This document shows positions 1 through 10,000 of a DNA stretch of 22,563 nucleotides, piece by piece. A program made the position numbers and the translations under genes. Numbering within the stretch: the first letter of the stretch is position 1; each line of letters starts with the position of its first letter. Origin of the DNA: Fibrobacterota bacterium (GTDB lineage Bacteria; Fibrobacterota; Fibrobacteria; UBA11236); contig JAYUVP010000020.1 of assembly GCA_043753995.1 (NCBI GenBank), positions 1-22,563 of the forward strand, read 5' to 3'. Under the pieces are notes generated by a model that made no database searches, was not told the origin of the DNA, and saw only the letters and a program-made list of their open reading frames with translations.

Positions 1-194
1 CATTAGCATTTTGAGCCTGAAAAGACGAGCCCATAATGAATTCGAACACCTATCTCTTTTGAATTCAATAGGTTAGAGAAAACCGAAATTCCAGGCTCAC
101 CTAAGCAAGGGCAATAAAAATCATATCAAGTTCGCTGCATAGGCGAGCAAACTACTGCACAAACGAACAGGTATTTGAATCGTAAATGAAACGA

Positions 195-1970
195 CTAACC
201 GAGAAATAGTCGCTTGCGCCAAAACCAAGCGAAGGCCAATAAACCGGCGACCCCACAAAACCACGGCCACGTAAAGCGCAGGGCATGCCGCTCTTCGCTA
301 GGCGAACCCACTTCCTCGGTCGAATGGCCTAGCCAGGGTAACGAAACCGTTACGGTATCCTGCGCATGTAGCTGATTCCATTCGCACCATTTTCCACCGG
401 ACTGCTCGGCCAAAGCTGCCAAGGCGGGGAGTTCCAACCCGAGCCAATGCGACTCTAGTAAACCCTCTTGCTCGAAGCCAGCCTTGCCCTCGAAAGCATT
501 TTCACCTCGGCCCAGCTTCGCCAAATCCAGGCTTCCCTTCATCAAGCCAGCGAGGCGGCGAGAAAGTGCAGGGTCTCCTTCTTCGCGAAATAGCCTATCC
601 CATGTTTTCGGCAAAGCAAGAAAGGCGACCGGGCTGGTATCCTTTGCCGTCGCCTCCGGTCTTAGCCAACCGACCATGCAACCCGCCTGCGGGCCATTGC
701 CGACCTCCAAGGCACAGCCGGCCATATCCTGTACAAGCGGCAAATACAGGCCGGCGGAAATATCCGACAAGCGTCCCATGGCCGGTGGCAGCAAATGACG
801 CCCGGATTCGGAGTAACGTAGCGAGGACGTATCGCCAAAGTAACGCCAAGAGCGATAAGGTCCCGTCATCCCGGAAGCTATGGGCGCAGCAATAGTCCAA
901 GTTGGCGTCCCTCCCCTGGCTGACAAGGTGAGATTTTCCCAGCGTGCCGCCCGTACTCCGTCCCCACAGGCCGCCTCAGGCGAAACAACTTCCACCACCA
1001 CCGAATCACCCGCTAAGGCTCGCAAAGCCGCCGTTTCGTCCAGGCTGCGCACACCGTCCGGCCAGCACACCTTGGCTCTTGCATCCGGTCGAGCCAAGGG
1101 CAAGGTATCATTGTCCGAATGACCTCCCGCAGGAATTGGCGTCACAACCAAGACCCAAGGCTTGGCACTTGCCGACGGGGATTGCCTATTCGCCGATAAA
1201 ATCAATTCATGTTCTTGCTGTCCCCAGGCAGACAAAACCGTGTCCACGGATCTTTCCCAACATTCGGCGACCTTTCCCTCCCGAACCAGGCAGGTGCGCA
1301 TTCCCCGAGTGCCTAAACCGCAAGCCATCCAAGTCAGACGTATTCGTTCCGGGCTTCCCTTTTCGGAAGGCAACCATTCCGCAGCAATGGGCTGTACTTC
1401 AAGCATTGGACCCAGCGGCAAACGCAAAGGGAAAACCGGGGTCTGAAATTCGCCTTCCAGCAAAGGTCGAGGAGGATTCGCATGCCCATCGCTAATCAAA
1501 ATCACCGATCGAAAGGGCGTGCCTTGCACCGCAATGGCCTCGGCCAAAGCGGTAAAACGCGTTTGCCCATCGAGAATGGGTGTATGGGATTCCGATTTAC
1601 GTACGCCATTGGCGAAATCCCAAACGGTCACTTGTAAGCCTTTTTCCTTGGCCTTGCGCTTGATCTCTTTCACACTCGCGTTCACTAAGGAATCCAAACC
1701 CAAGGCTAGCCCAGCGCGAAAACTTTGGCTGCGATCGATGGCGATGAGAATTTCGGGAGGATGAAATTGAAAGGTGCGCCGCAAAAACACGGGCTGTAAA
1801 AGAAAAAGGAGGAGAATCAACCAGGCCAGGCCTTCCGCCAAGGTGGCCGGCCAAAGGGCGGCTTCCGGCTTTTCCCGGCGGCTGCGGCGATAACGCCAAT
1901 ACAGCGAAAGGCCGCCCGCTAAAGCCACCAGTATCCAGAGGCGCGATCCCTCGAAGGCCCATTGCGTCAT
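195..1970 (-). CDS. Membrane-anchored vWA-domain protein (two N-terminal hydrophobic segments, C-terminal TM)
   Basis: 591-aa ORF. MIDAS-like IDRSQS plus later T and VILISDG. N-terminal hydrophobic stretches ending LLLFLLQP. LAALAEQSGG motif and C-terminal WPWFCGVAGLLAFAWFWRKR, typical of FCB/PVC vWA membrane proteins. Confidence 0.7.
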   Translation of the reverse strand: MTQWAFEGSRLWILVALAGGLSLYWRYRRSRREKPEAALWPATLAEGLAWLILLLFLLQPVFLRRTFQFHPPEILIAIDRSQSFRAGLALGLDSLVNASVKEIKRKAKEKGLQVTVWDFANGVRKSESHTPILDGQTRFTALAEAIAVQGTPFRSVILISDGHANPPRPLLEGEFQTPVFPLRLPLGPMLEVQPIAAEWLPSEKGSPERIRLTWMACGLGTRGMRTCLVREGKVAECWERSVDTVLSAWGQQEHELILSANRQSPSASAKPWVLVVTPIPAGGHSDNDTLPLARPDARAKVCWPDGVRSLDETAALRALAGDSVVVEVVSPEAACGDGVRAARWENLTLSARGGTPTWTIAAPIASGMTGPYRSWRYFGDTSSLRYSESGRHLLPPAMGRLSDISAGLYLPLVQDMAGCALEVGNGPQAGCMVGWLRPEATAKDTSPVAFLALPKTWDRLFREEGDPALSRRLAGLMKGSLDLAKLGRGENAFEGKAGFEQEGLLESHWLGLELPALAALAEQSGGKWCEWNQLHAQDTVTVSLPWLGHSTEEVGSPSEERHALRFTWPWFCGVAGLLAFAWFWRKRLFLG

Positions 1971-2001
1971 GCTTGGCCCAAATCTTTTCTTGAGTTTTTC
2001 T

Positions 2002-3609
2002 TCAAGGAAGTTTCCGGCGCAAAACCGTGTGGCGCGCGACCCGGAGCCGCTTTGGATAATCGAGATTAAAATGCAAGCCGCGGCTTTCCTTGCGTTTTTG
2101 AGCGCTAATGATGATGAGCTCAGCGCACAAGGTCAGATTCCGCAATTCGAGCAAATCGGGCTCCAAGGAAAAGGACCAATAATCCTTAAGAATTTGACGG
2201 CTGATCACTTGTAAAAACTCCGCGGCCCGAGCGAGGCGATAATTACTGCGAACCACGCCCACATAATGCCACATGGTGGAGCGAATCAATTCCAGGGAAT
2301 GGCTGTAAAGAATGGTTTCGGGTGCGGGCTTTAAGGCCATGCTATTCCAATCCCGAAAACGACGACGCAAGGGTTTGGGCGGCGCTTCCTTCAAAATGCG
2401 ACTCAAGGCACGATCCGAAAACACCACGCCCTCTAACAGGGAATTGCTGGCTAATCGATTCGCGCCATGCACGCCCGTACAGGCCGCCTCGCCCACCGCA
2501 TAAAGGCCGGAAATCGAGGTCGCGGATTCACCATCGACCTTTATGCCTCCGCACATGAAATGCGCTGCGGGTACGACGGGTATCCACTTTTTCGAAATAT
2601 CTATACCGGCTTCAAAGCAGTGCCGATAAATGTTGGGAAAGTGCTGCTTGAGATCCGCTCGCTTGAAATGAGTCATGTCCAGGAAAACAAAAGGCTGCCC
2701 AGTGCGCTTCATTTCAGCGTCGATGGCTCGCGCCACGATATCGCGCGGAGCTAAATCCTTGAGAGTATGCACGCCCTCCATGAAGGGATGGCCTTCGTGA
2801 TTGCGTAAAATACCGCCATGCCCGCGCAAGGCTTCGGAAATCAAATAAGTGGGCTGGCCCGGGTTATAAAAAGCCGTCGGATGGAACTGCATGAATTCCA
2901 TATCTTCCACGGCGGCCCCGGCGCGGAAGGCCATGGCAATGCCATCCCCAGTGGATACAGAATCATTGGTGGTATAGCTGTAAACTTGCCCACAACCACC
3001 CGTGCAAATGACCGTGCTGGCTCCTAGGAAAAGCTTGACCTGCCCCGCCTCGACATCGAGGGCATAAAGTCCATAGCATCGAGCCGCGCCACTCTCGCGC
3101 AGGCCAGGCCGTAAATGCTTGCGGGTCACCAAATCAATGCCCAGAAAGTTTTCTAATAAGGTGATTTGAGGCGACTCCTGGGCGGCATCAAGTAAGGCGC
3201 GCTGAATTTCGAAACCCGTTAAATCATCGGCATGTAAGATGCGCGACTGCGAATGCCCACCTTCGCGTACCAAATGATACGGAGTATGGCCTTGACCGCT
3301 ATTGCGTGCTCGAGTAAACCGCACGCCCCAATCCACTAGAGAGCGAATGGCCTCAGGGCCTTGCTCCACCAAGAGGCGCACACGCGGCTCCCGGCAAAGC
3401 CCGGCGCCGGCGGTAAGTGTGTCTTCCAGGTGATTTTCCACGGAATCCGAGGGATGCATCACCGAAGCGATGCCCCCTTGGGCCAGGTGGGTTGAGCCCG
3501 CCCAGCGCAGTTTTTTGGTAAGCACCAATACGCGGCCATGGGCGCTGGCCTTGAGTGCAAAGGAGAGGCCCGCGATACCGGAACCCACCACGATAAAGTC
3601 GTAGACCAA
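2002..3609 (-). CDS. nadB: L-aspartate oxidase
   Basis: FAD motif VVGSGIAG, AQGGIA, EGGHS..RILH, MEFMQFHPT, LISEALRG, LAPRDIVARAI, PAAHFMCGG, TGVHGANRLASNSLLEG, ESRGLH. TTG start with GAGG upstream. Confidence 0.95.
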   Translation of the reverse strand: MVYDFIVVGSGIAGLSFALKASAHGRVLVLTKKLRWAGSTHLAQGGIASVMHPSDSVENHLEDTLTAGAGLCREPRVRLLVEQGPEAIRSLVDWGVRFTRARNSGQGHTPYHLVREGGHSQSRILHADDLTGFEIQRALLDAAQESPQITLLENFLGIDLVTRKHLRPGLRESGAARCYGLYALDVEAGQVKLFLGASTVICTGGCGQVYSYTTNDSVSTGDGIAMAFRAGAAVEDMEFMQFHPTAFYNPGQPTYLISEALRGHGGILRNHEGHPFMEGVHTLKDLAPRDIVARAIDAEMKRTGQPFVFLDMTHFKRADLKQHFPNIYRHCFEAGIDISKKWIPVVPAAHFMCGGIKVDGESATSISGLYAVGEAACTGVHGANRLASNSLLEGVVFSDRALSRILKEAPPKPLRRRFRDWNSMALKPAPETILYSHSLELIRSTMWHYVGVVRSNYRLARAAEFLQVISRQILKDYWSFSLEPDLLELRNLTLCAELIIISAQKRKESRGLHFNLDYPKRLRVARHTVLRRKLP

Positions 3610-3643
3610 GGTTTAGCCTCTCAGGCGGGAAAAGTGGCCAAAA

Positions 3644-3656
3644 TAGATTAGTTTTG
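3644..3656 (+). promoter_or_regulatory. Putative promoter element (TAGATTAGTT; contains TAGTTTTG = TAnnTTTG-like box)
   Basis: In the nadB/ppiD divergent gap. The same 10-mer recurs at 5613-5622 upstream of the small ORF. Confidence 0.35.
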
Positions 3657-3714
3657 CCCCTTCCCTTTCTGGCGTCAATTCGGATGGATTAGGGCATTTC
3701 AAGGAGTTTTGGGC

Positions 3715-5565
3715 ATGAGCATGATGTGGTTCAAGGATAATGCCAAGTGGGTCATCGTTTTCTTCGCTGCCCTGATCATAGTGGGATTAGTGATGATGGA
3801 CAGGGCCGGCAGCATCGGCAACCTTTCTCGGGAGCATGATGTGGCCAAGGTCGATGGCGAGGTCATCGACTTTGAATCCTTTCAGCGCGACATGCAGAAT
3901 TACATGCGTAGCGAAGAGGCGCGCAGCGGTAAGGCTCCTGAGGGCGCCCAGCAAGCCCAAATGCGCGAAGGCCTTTTGCAATACAAGATTCAAAGCTTAT
4001 TGATGGCCAAGGTTTTCAAAGGCTATCACCTCATTGCTTCGGTGGAGGAAATGCAAGAATTCCTGCGCCGCAATCCTATGCAATTGGCGCAAGCCATCAA
4101 TCAGTACGAAGGTCCACAGGCCATTCCGCCCTTTTTGCGTGACTCCATTCTCGACACCACCCGCTATTTGGCTTGGCTTGCCCAGGATTCGATTTACGAT
4201 CGCCCCGGCATGCGCGTCATGGAAGAGCAACTGAAAAACGTGGTTATCCCGCAAGCAGAATTGCAGGCACTCTTGCACAGCCAACTGCACCGTACCACCT
4301 TGGAAGAATCCTATGCGGTCACCATGCGCGAAACATCGGCTAGGCTGAAGTTTTACCACGTGGCTTTCGACTCCATTGCGGTCGATGGCGCCAAGTTCAA
4401 GGAAGAAGACCTCAAGAGCTATTTCAATACCCATCCTGACAGCTTTTATTATCACGATGTCGCGGCCCGCATGAAATACATTCGCATGCCCATCCAGCCC
4501 TCCAAGCATGACACCGATCTCATGCTGGATTTCGCCAAGGAATTAAAGCAGAGATGCGAAACCGGCGACAAATTCGATGAATTGGCCAAAGCCTATTCCA
4601 ATGACCCCGGGTCAGCGGAACAAGGTGGAAGACTGGGTGGCTTTCAACCCAAAACCTCCTGGGTACCGGCTTTTGGAGAAGCGGCCTTCGCTCTGGATTC
4701 TGGGGCTATTTCCGGCCCGGTGCTGACCGAATTCGGTGTTCATCTGATTTTGTCCCATGGAAAACAAAACAGCGACAGCATCACCAAGGCCGATGTTAGC
4801 CACATTTTTCTGTAAATCACCGCAGGCACCGAAACCATAGACAGCCTGCAAGAAGAGGCAAGAAAAATTCGCGAGGCCGCGGTCGCAGCCAAATCGTTGG
4901 TCGAAGCCGCCAAGCCCTATAAGTTGGCCGTGGATTCCACCCCGATTTTTGAAAAAGGCAACCTCTCTCCTCTTGGACCGACCTATATCCCCGGCCTCAA
5001 TTCCTTTGCCTTCAGCCCCTATGAGAAGGACGCCTATTCAGAACCCATGCAAAATGAAGATGGAGTTTATGTCTTCGAGCGCGGGGATACTTTCAAAAAG
5101 GGCCGCGACTTTTTACGCGCCAAGGACCGTATTCGCGAACTCTTAGTTCTGGAAGAAAAAGCTGCGGGCGCCAAGCAAAGCCTGGAAAGCCAAGTGGCCG
5201 CCATCAAGGCTCAAACCGATTCGGTCCTGGCTCCTCGAATGGGCAAGGCTGTCTTGGATAGCTCGGCCCTAGTCTCTGCGGATAACTGGGTTCCTGGCTT
5301 TGGTTATGCCTCCCCCACCTTGTTTACCGTCTTTCAACAGCCCGACCAAGCTTGGGGCAAGATCTTGAATACCCCGCTTTCCGCAGTGATCGCCAAGGTC
5401 GTCGAGCGTAAGGTGCCTGCTACCCCAGAAATTGAGCAAAAAGCCAAGGAAAGCGTAGCAGGGCAGGATAGCTACCTCATCAGCAATCTCATGCAAGAAT
5501 ACATGACCTCCCTCCCCAAGACCGTTAAGGTGGTCACCAAGCTGGATGAGGTTTACCGTAATTGA
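3715..5565 (+). pseudogene. PpiD/SurA-like membrane-anchored parvulin PPIase chaperone interrupted by one in-frame TAA at 4813-4815 (nonsense allele or sequence error)
   Basis: AAGGAG RBS at 3701-3706 before ATG 3715. N-terminal TM followed by VAKVDGEVI (SurA_N-like). Parvulin motifs FDELAKAYSNDPGSAEQGGRLG and ISGPVLTEFGVHLI. ORFs 3709..4815 and 4897..5565 share a frame and the linker reads SHIFL*ITAGTETIDSLQEEARKIREAAVAAKSLVEAA. Confidence 0.8.
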
Positions 5566-5611
5566 AGCAAGTAATTTCCGGGATTTGGGCTTTGCCGATT
5601 CCGGATTGCTT
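5565..5611 (+). terminator. Hairpin after the ppiD-like gene (possible terminator)
   Basis: TCCGGGATT (5577-5585) pairs with GATTCCGGA (5597-5605); AAGCAA/TTGCTT outer arms; weak U-tract. Confidence 0.35.
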
Positions 5612-5627
5612 GTAGATTAGTTCTTGA

Positions 5628-5762
5628 ATGAAAAAGCTTGCCTTTTTGATTGCCATCGGACTCATGGTCCTCGGCGTGGAAGACATGGTTCAGAGGACAT
5701 TAAAGCCTCTGGACACGCCTCCTGTGACTGCCTGGGTAAAGCTCAAAGAACTCTTCCATTAA
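5628..5762 (+). CDS. Small 44-aa protein with N-terminal signal-peptide/TM segment (below ORF-track cutoff)
   Basis: Hand translation: MKKLAFLIAIGLMVLGVEDMVQRTLKPLDTPPVTAWVKLKELFH*. MKK plus hydrophobic run; followed by two hairpins; no clear SD. Confidence 0.6.
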   Translation: MKKLAFLIAIGLMVLGVEDMVQRTLKPLDTPPVTAWVKLKELFH

Positions 5763-5765
5763 AAT

Positions 5766-5822
5766 GATGGCTCCTAATTTGGAGCTATCCGCCTTTACCG
5801 CTGCGGCGGAAATCCTGTTTTT
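5766..5822 (+). terminator. Tandem hairpins after the small ORF (possible terminator)
   Basis: GATGGCTCC/GGAGCTATC (5766-5789) and TCCGCC/GGCGGA (5788-5810), then a T-run at 5818-5822. Confidence 0.4.
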
Positions 5823-5953
5823 ACTTCGAATAGACTCCTAGGCTAAAGCTCTTTGGGCTTTAACATTCTCTTTAGCTTTTACCCTCCCCTTTGAGTGGTT
5901 AATCCCACTACAACCGCCATATACAATCATCCGGGCTTCTTCAGGCTGGGTGT

Positions 5954-7015
5954 ATGCATAAAAACAACAAGGGCAATATCCTTATCGTCGATGATGAGCC
6001 TTCGATTTGCAGCGTCATTAGCGATTACTTGCGATTGCAAGGCTTTGATTGCGCCAGCGCTAATGAAGTCGACTCGGCCCTCCGCATACTAGAAGGTGCT
6101 GAGGTCGACTGCATCCTATCCGATATTAAAATGCCAGGAAAAACCGGCATTGATCTTCTGCGCATGGTGCGCAGAACCTGGCCAGACACCGCGGTCATAC
6201 TCTTTACCGGCAATGCCGAAATCCAGACCGCCGTTGCCTCCATGCAGGAAGGCGCCTATGACTTCATACTCAAGCCTATTCAATTGAAACAGGTTGTTCA
6301 TAGCATCACGAATGCTTTGGAAAAAAAGCGCTTGCAAGAGCAGGTGCGCGATTACCAGCGCAATTTGGAAAAATTGGTGCAGGAACGCACGGCCCAAATT
6401 GAAGACGCCATGACTGCCTTGGAAGGCAGTCATATCGACACCATCAATCGACTTTGCTATGCGGCAGAATTTCGCGACGATGAAACCGGTTACCATGTCC
6501 TTCGCCTCAGCAAATACTGCGAGCTACTAGCCCGTGGCATGGGCATGGCCGAAGATCAAATTTGGCTTTTGGGGAAGGCCAGCCCCCTGCACGATATCGG
6601 AAAAATTGGCATTCCAGATTCGATTTTGCTTAAACCGGCGAAGCTGACCGTCGAAGAATTCGAGGTGATGAAAAAGCACACCACCATTGGCGGTGAAATT
6701 TTGCGGAATGCGGACTCGCGTGTTTTACAGGTCGCGGAACAAGTGGCGATGAGCCATCATGAAAAATGGGATGGCAGCGGCTACCCCAATGGCCTTCGAG
6801 AAGAAAATATCCCCCTCTTAGGACGCATTACCGCAGTGGCCGACGTCTTTGATGCCTTGACAATGAAACGCTGTTATAAGCCCGCCTTTCCCCTCGCCGA
6901 AACCGTGAGAATCATCAATGAGGGAAATGGACGCCACTTCGATCCGCGCATGATCGAAGTGTTTAATCGCCAATTGAATGAGTTCGCGCGTATCCATAGC
7001 GAATACGCGGATTAA
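5954..7015 (+). CDS. Response regulator with REC, coiled coil and HD-GYP domains (RpfG-like c-di-GMP phosphodiesterase)
   Basis: ILIVDDE, ILSDIKMPG (phosphoacceptor Asp), FILKP. RDDETGYH..R, LHDIGKIGIPD, HHEKWDGSGYP, AVADVFDAL, G.HFDP. Confidence 0.93.
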   Translation: MHKNNKGNILIVDDEPSICSVISDYLRLQGFDCASANEVDSALRILEGAEVDCILSDIKMPGKTGIDLLRMVRRTWPDTAVILFTGNAEIQTAVASMQEGAYDFILKPIQLKQVVHSITNALEKKRLQEQVRDYQRNLEKLVQERTAQIEDAMTALEGSHIDTINRLCYAAEFRDDETGYHVLRLSKYCELLARGMGMAEDQIWLLGKASPLHDIGKIGIPDSILLKPAKLTVEEFEVMKKHTTIGGEILRNADSRVLQVAEQVAMSHHEKWDGSGYPNGLREENIPLLGRITAVADVFDALTMKRCYKPAFPLAETVRIINEGNGRHFDPRMIEVFNRQLNEFARIHSEYAD

Positions 7016-7028
7016 TTCATTCTGAAAA

Positions 7029-10000
7029 TCAGAGCTTTATCAAATCACGATCGGCTCGAAATTTCACGCCGGTGGCCGACTTCGCCTCGACGGTAAGGTG
7101 ATAGCGACCAGGGGCAACGATTTCTTGCCGGTCAGAACGCCCATCCCAAGTAAAATCAAGGCGATTGGCGCCTGAAAGCATGCGGCTGAAAATGGTTTTC
7201 CCAAGCATATCTATCATGCGAATTTGATAAGTCACGCTCCGATGCTGGGCAGGTAAGTCATAGCGGATTCGGGTCACACCCTGGAAGGGATTGGGGTAAT
7301 TCGCAAGCTTCATGAAAAATATCGAAGCTCCTTGGCCTAAAGCTTCGGGCAGCATATCTTCACCCGCCGCTAGTCGATATTCCTTGCTTGCAGCCGCCTT
7401 AGCGGAAATCATAATAGGCTGGCCGTCTAATAGGGGCGTGACCGTTTGGCTCCCGACTTCCACCAGGAAAAGCGGAATATCACCTTCTTGATGATGCACA
7501 ACCAATTGCAAATCTTGGGCATCCTCGCCCGTGGCTCGCATTTCCAGCGGCCAAATGCGGAGCGAGGATTCACTTTCAGGCAAAATCACTTCCGAAACCG
7601 GCACGCCCTGATAATTCAAATCCACTCGGAAATTCTGTCCCGGAGCATTCGGAGCTTGCGAATAAACCGATGGCCGTTTGGATTGACCGATTCGTAGTTC
7701 CATGGACGCCGAGGCGTTTTTCGCCTGAATAGAGGCCGACCAGATCACCGAATTCACCGCAGCCTTGGCCAAGGGTTTAGGCGATCGATTGGCATCGACG
7801 ACAGGAAAAACTAAAACCGAGTTGGCGAGTGGCCGAATAGCCAATCCTTGCCAGGGATAAATAATTGAGTCTGGTTCGACCTTCCTCCATTTTTGTTCTC
7901 CAGGAATAAAACGGAAAAGGTCGCCTGGCGCTGGATTCGAAGCCGCCACAATATCTCTCCAACGGATCGGGAAGTTGAAAGGCAAACCAAATTCTGTCCA
8001 TTTGTTTGCGGGAATGGACAAATTGAATGGCTGATAATCTAAGCTAAGGCCCGATCTGCAATAGGGTGCATAAGGTTTGATTGTTGCCGTCCACAATGCA
8101 CGCGTCGAATCATAAGGCCACTTGCTTGCCTCAACTCCTTTGAAAACATCGTAAGCTGCAGTCTTTTGCTCATTGCCATTATACCGATAAACCAGCATAT
8201 CCGCCCCATTCCAACCATTGCTGATTTTGCCGAGCAGAAAATTCAAACTATCCTCATCGCCCAAATCCTCATCCCATGGATAGGAAAAAAGGTGCCACAT
8301 TCGAGCGGAATGGTCAGTATAAGCCGTTTCACCAGCCCCATTGACTACCGGCGGAACCTTATGCTTGGTAATAAGCATCCCGTCATTGAATCGGGTTCGG
8401 ATAAAGGTGCTTGAGGCGGAAATCTTTCCACCGTCAAAAACGGTGAATACCACTTCAATACTTCGCGATGCACTACCCCCGCCGTTATCTTCTTCATGAG
8501 CATGGGCATTCAAGGGTAGGCTAAAATTCGCACTGGACAAGGCGCCATTGGCATCGATGCTTAGATTCGCAGAATCCAGCTTTGTACCGTCAAGCAATTG
8601 CTTAGTGGATAGCCCCGTGGGCAAACTAAAAGGACGAACCGTTAAGGAATCAGACTTGGTTTGAGTGGATTCTGCCAAGGCTGATTTTGTGAAATAAACT
8701 TGAAAGCGTTCTTCACTCAGGGTGTCATTCAATCCGCTCAAACCTGAACTCAAAACTCGCGTTTTGGAAAAATAGTCCTTAGCAAGTGGGCTTTTAATGG
8801 TACTCCCGTCCGTGAACTTTGAGCCCGCTGGAATGGGTGTTGCCAAGATTAAAGGATTGCTGGTACGAAAATTCGAACCCTGTAAGTTGAGCTTTATAGG
8901 AATGGAGGTTTCACCGGTCAGATTCCGATAGTCTAGGGTATCGAGTGCAATAGCGGCCACGATACCGGGCTTAGTCGTCAAATTCAAATGTCCAAATTGA
9001 TAATCATAGGTGCCTGACCATTCACCATTTATTTCAATACCTATCACATCGCCGGAGGCATTGCTTAGGGTATCCCAACTTGGAACATACTTGGGCAGAC
9101 CCTGATCGGGAAATGCATATAAATGCTCAGCGGTAATCGGCGCAGTCAAAAATTTCGAGTCGGTAAAAATGATTTTCAGGGTCCAATTCAATTTGCTTTT
9201 ATTCACACCTAGATTGGAATTATCAATACAGGCTCGAATTCGTGGGGAATTCAGCATAAATTCAAATCCCGTTTTGTGGATTAACTGTCCATTTACGGTT
9301 GGAGGACAAATGGTGCCGGAGGATATGGCTTCGTTAAAATTCAATTTGGCAGTAAAGGTTCCCTCCGTATCGGCAAAAACGGCATCGACACCGGGAAATT
9401 CGGAACCGGGATTTTTAGCAACGTCTATGGTATCCCCAGAATGGAATTGCCTGACCCCGGTGGTCAACTTGCTTTGATAAACATATCCCGTATTTCGTGT
9501 CGACCCAGAACTATTAAAAAAGGCGGCACAGAAGGTATACTCCTTTTGCCCATCAAGACCACGGAAAGAATGGGTGAAGCCAACACCGAATAAGGAATCC
9601 AGGGGTTTGGCAATATGTCCCTTGGCATCAGGAGAAGTCGGGGAAGTGCTGGATTTATCGGTGTACCAGACTAATACAGAATCAGCCAAGGTGAGATCCG
9701 AGTTGCGACTCGTTATCGTAGCGATGACCGTTGTGGGATCATTGCTTGCTGGCAAGGCCTTGATTTTCAAATACCCGCGGCCATAACTCACATCAAAGGT
9801 ATCCAATTCAATGGCTCCCACTTCGTGTTTCCCGAATCGATCCTTTCCTAGAAAATCCTGTGCCACTATACTGTCAGAAAGCGTAGAGCTTCCCGCTAAA
9901 AGCGAATTACAAGTACGACTCCCGCTACAGTCCAGCTTGCCAAAGGATCCATTGAAAAAGGCATTCAATGAGTCCTGTATTTTGGGTCCGCTTAAATCCT

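Noticed and set aside
1..194. Palindromes (TTGAATTCAA at 59-68, ACCTAT/ATAGGT) and a possible minus-strand ATG at 1-3
   Set aside because: Short, AT-rich and at the window edge; cannot be supported.
4813..4815. Alternative genetic code with TAA recoded
   Set aside because: TAA terminates greA, holA, dusB and the HD-GYP gene at expected positions.
4897..5565. Independent 222-aa gene
   Set aside because: In frame with the upstream PpiD-like ORF, no SD and no signal peptide; treated as its C-terminal part.
5823..5956. c-di-GMP riboswitch or start-codon-sequestering stem (CATATAC/GTGTATG) before the HD-GYP gene
   Set aside because: No GEMM consensus. TACAAT at 5922-5927 may be a -10 box, in which case the 5' arm would not be transcribed.
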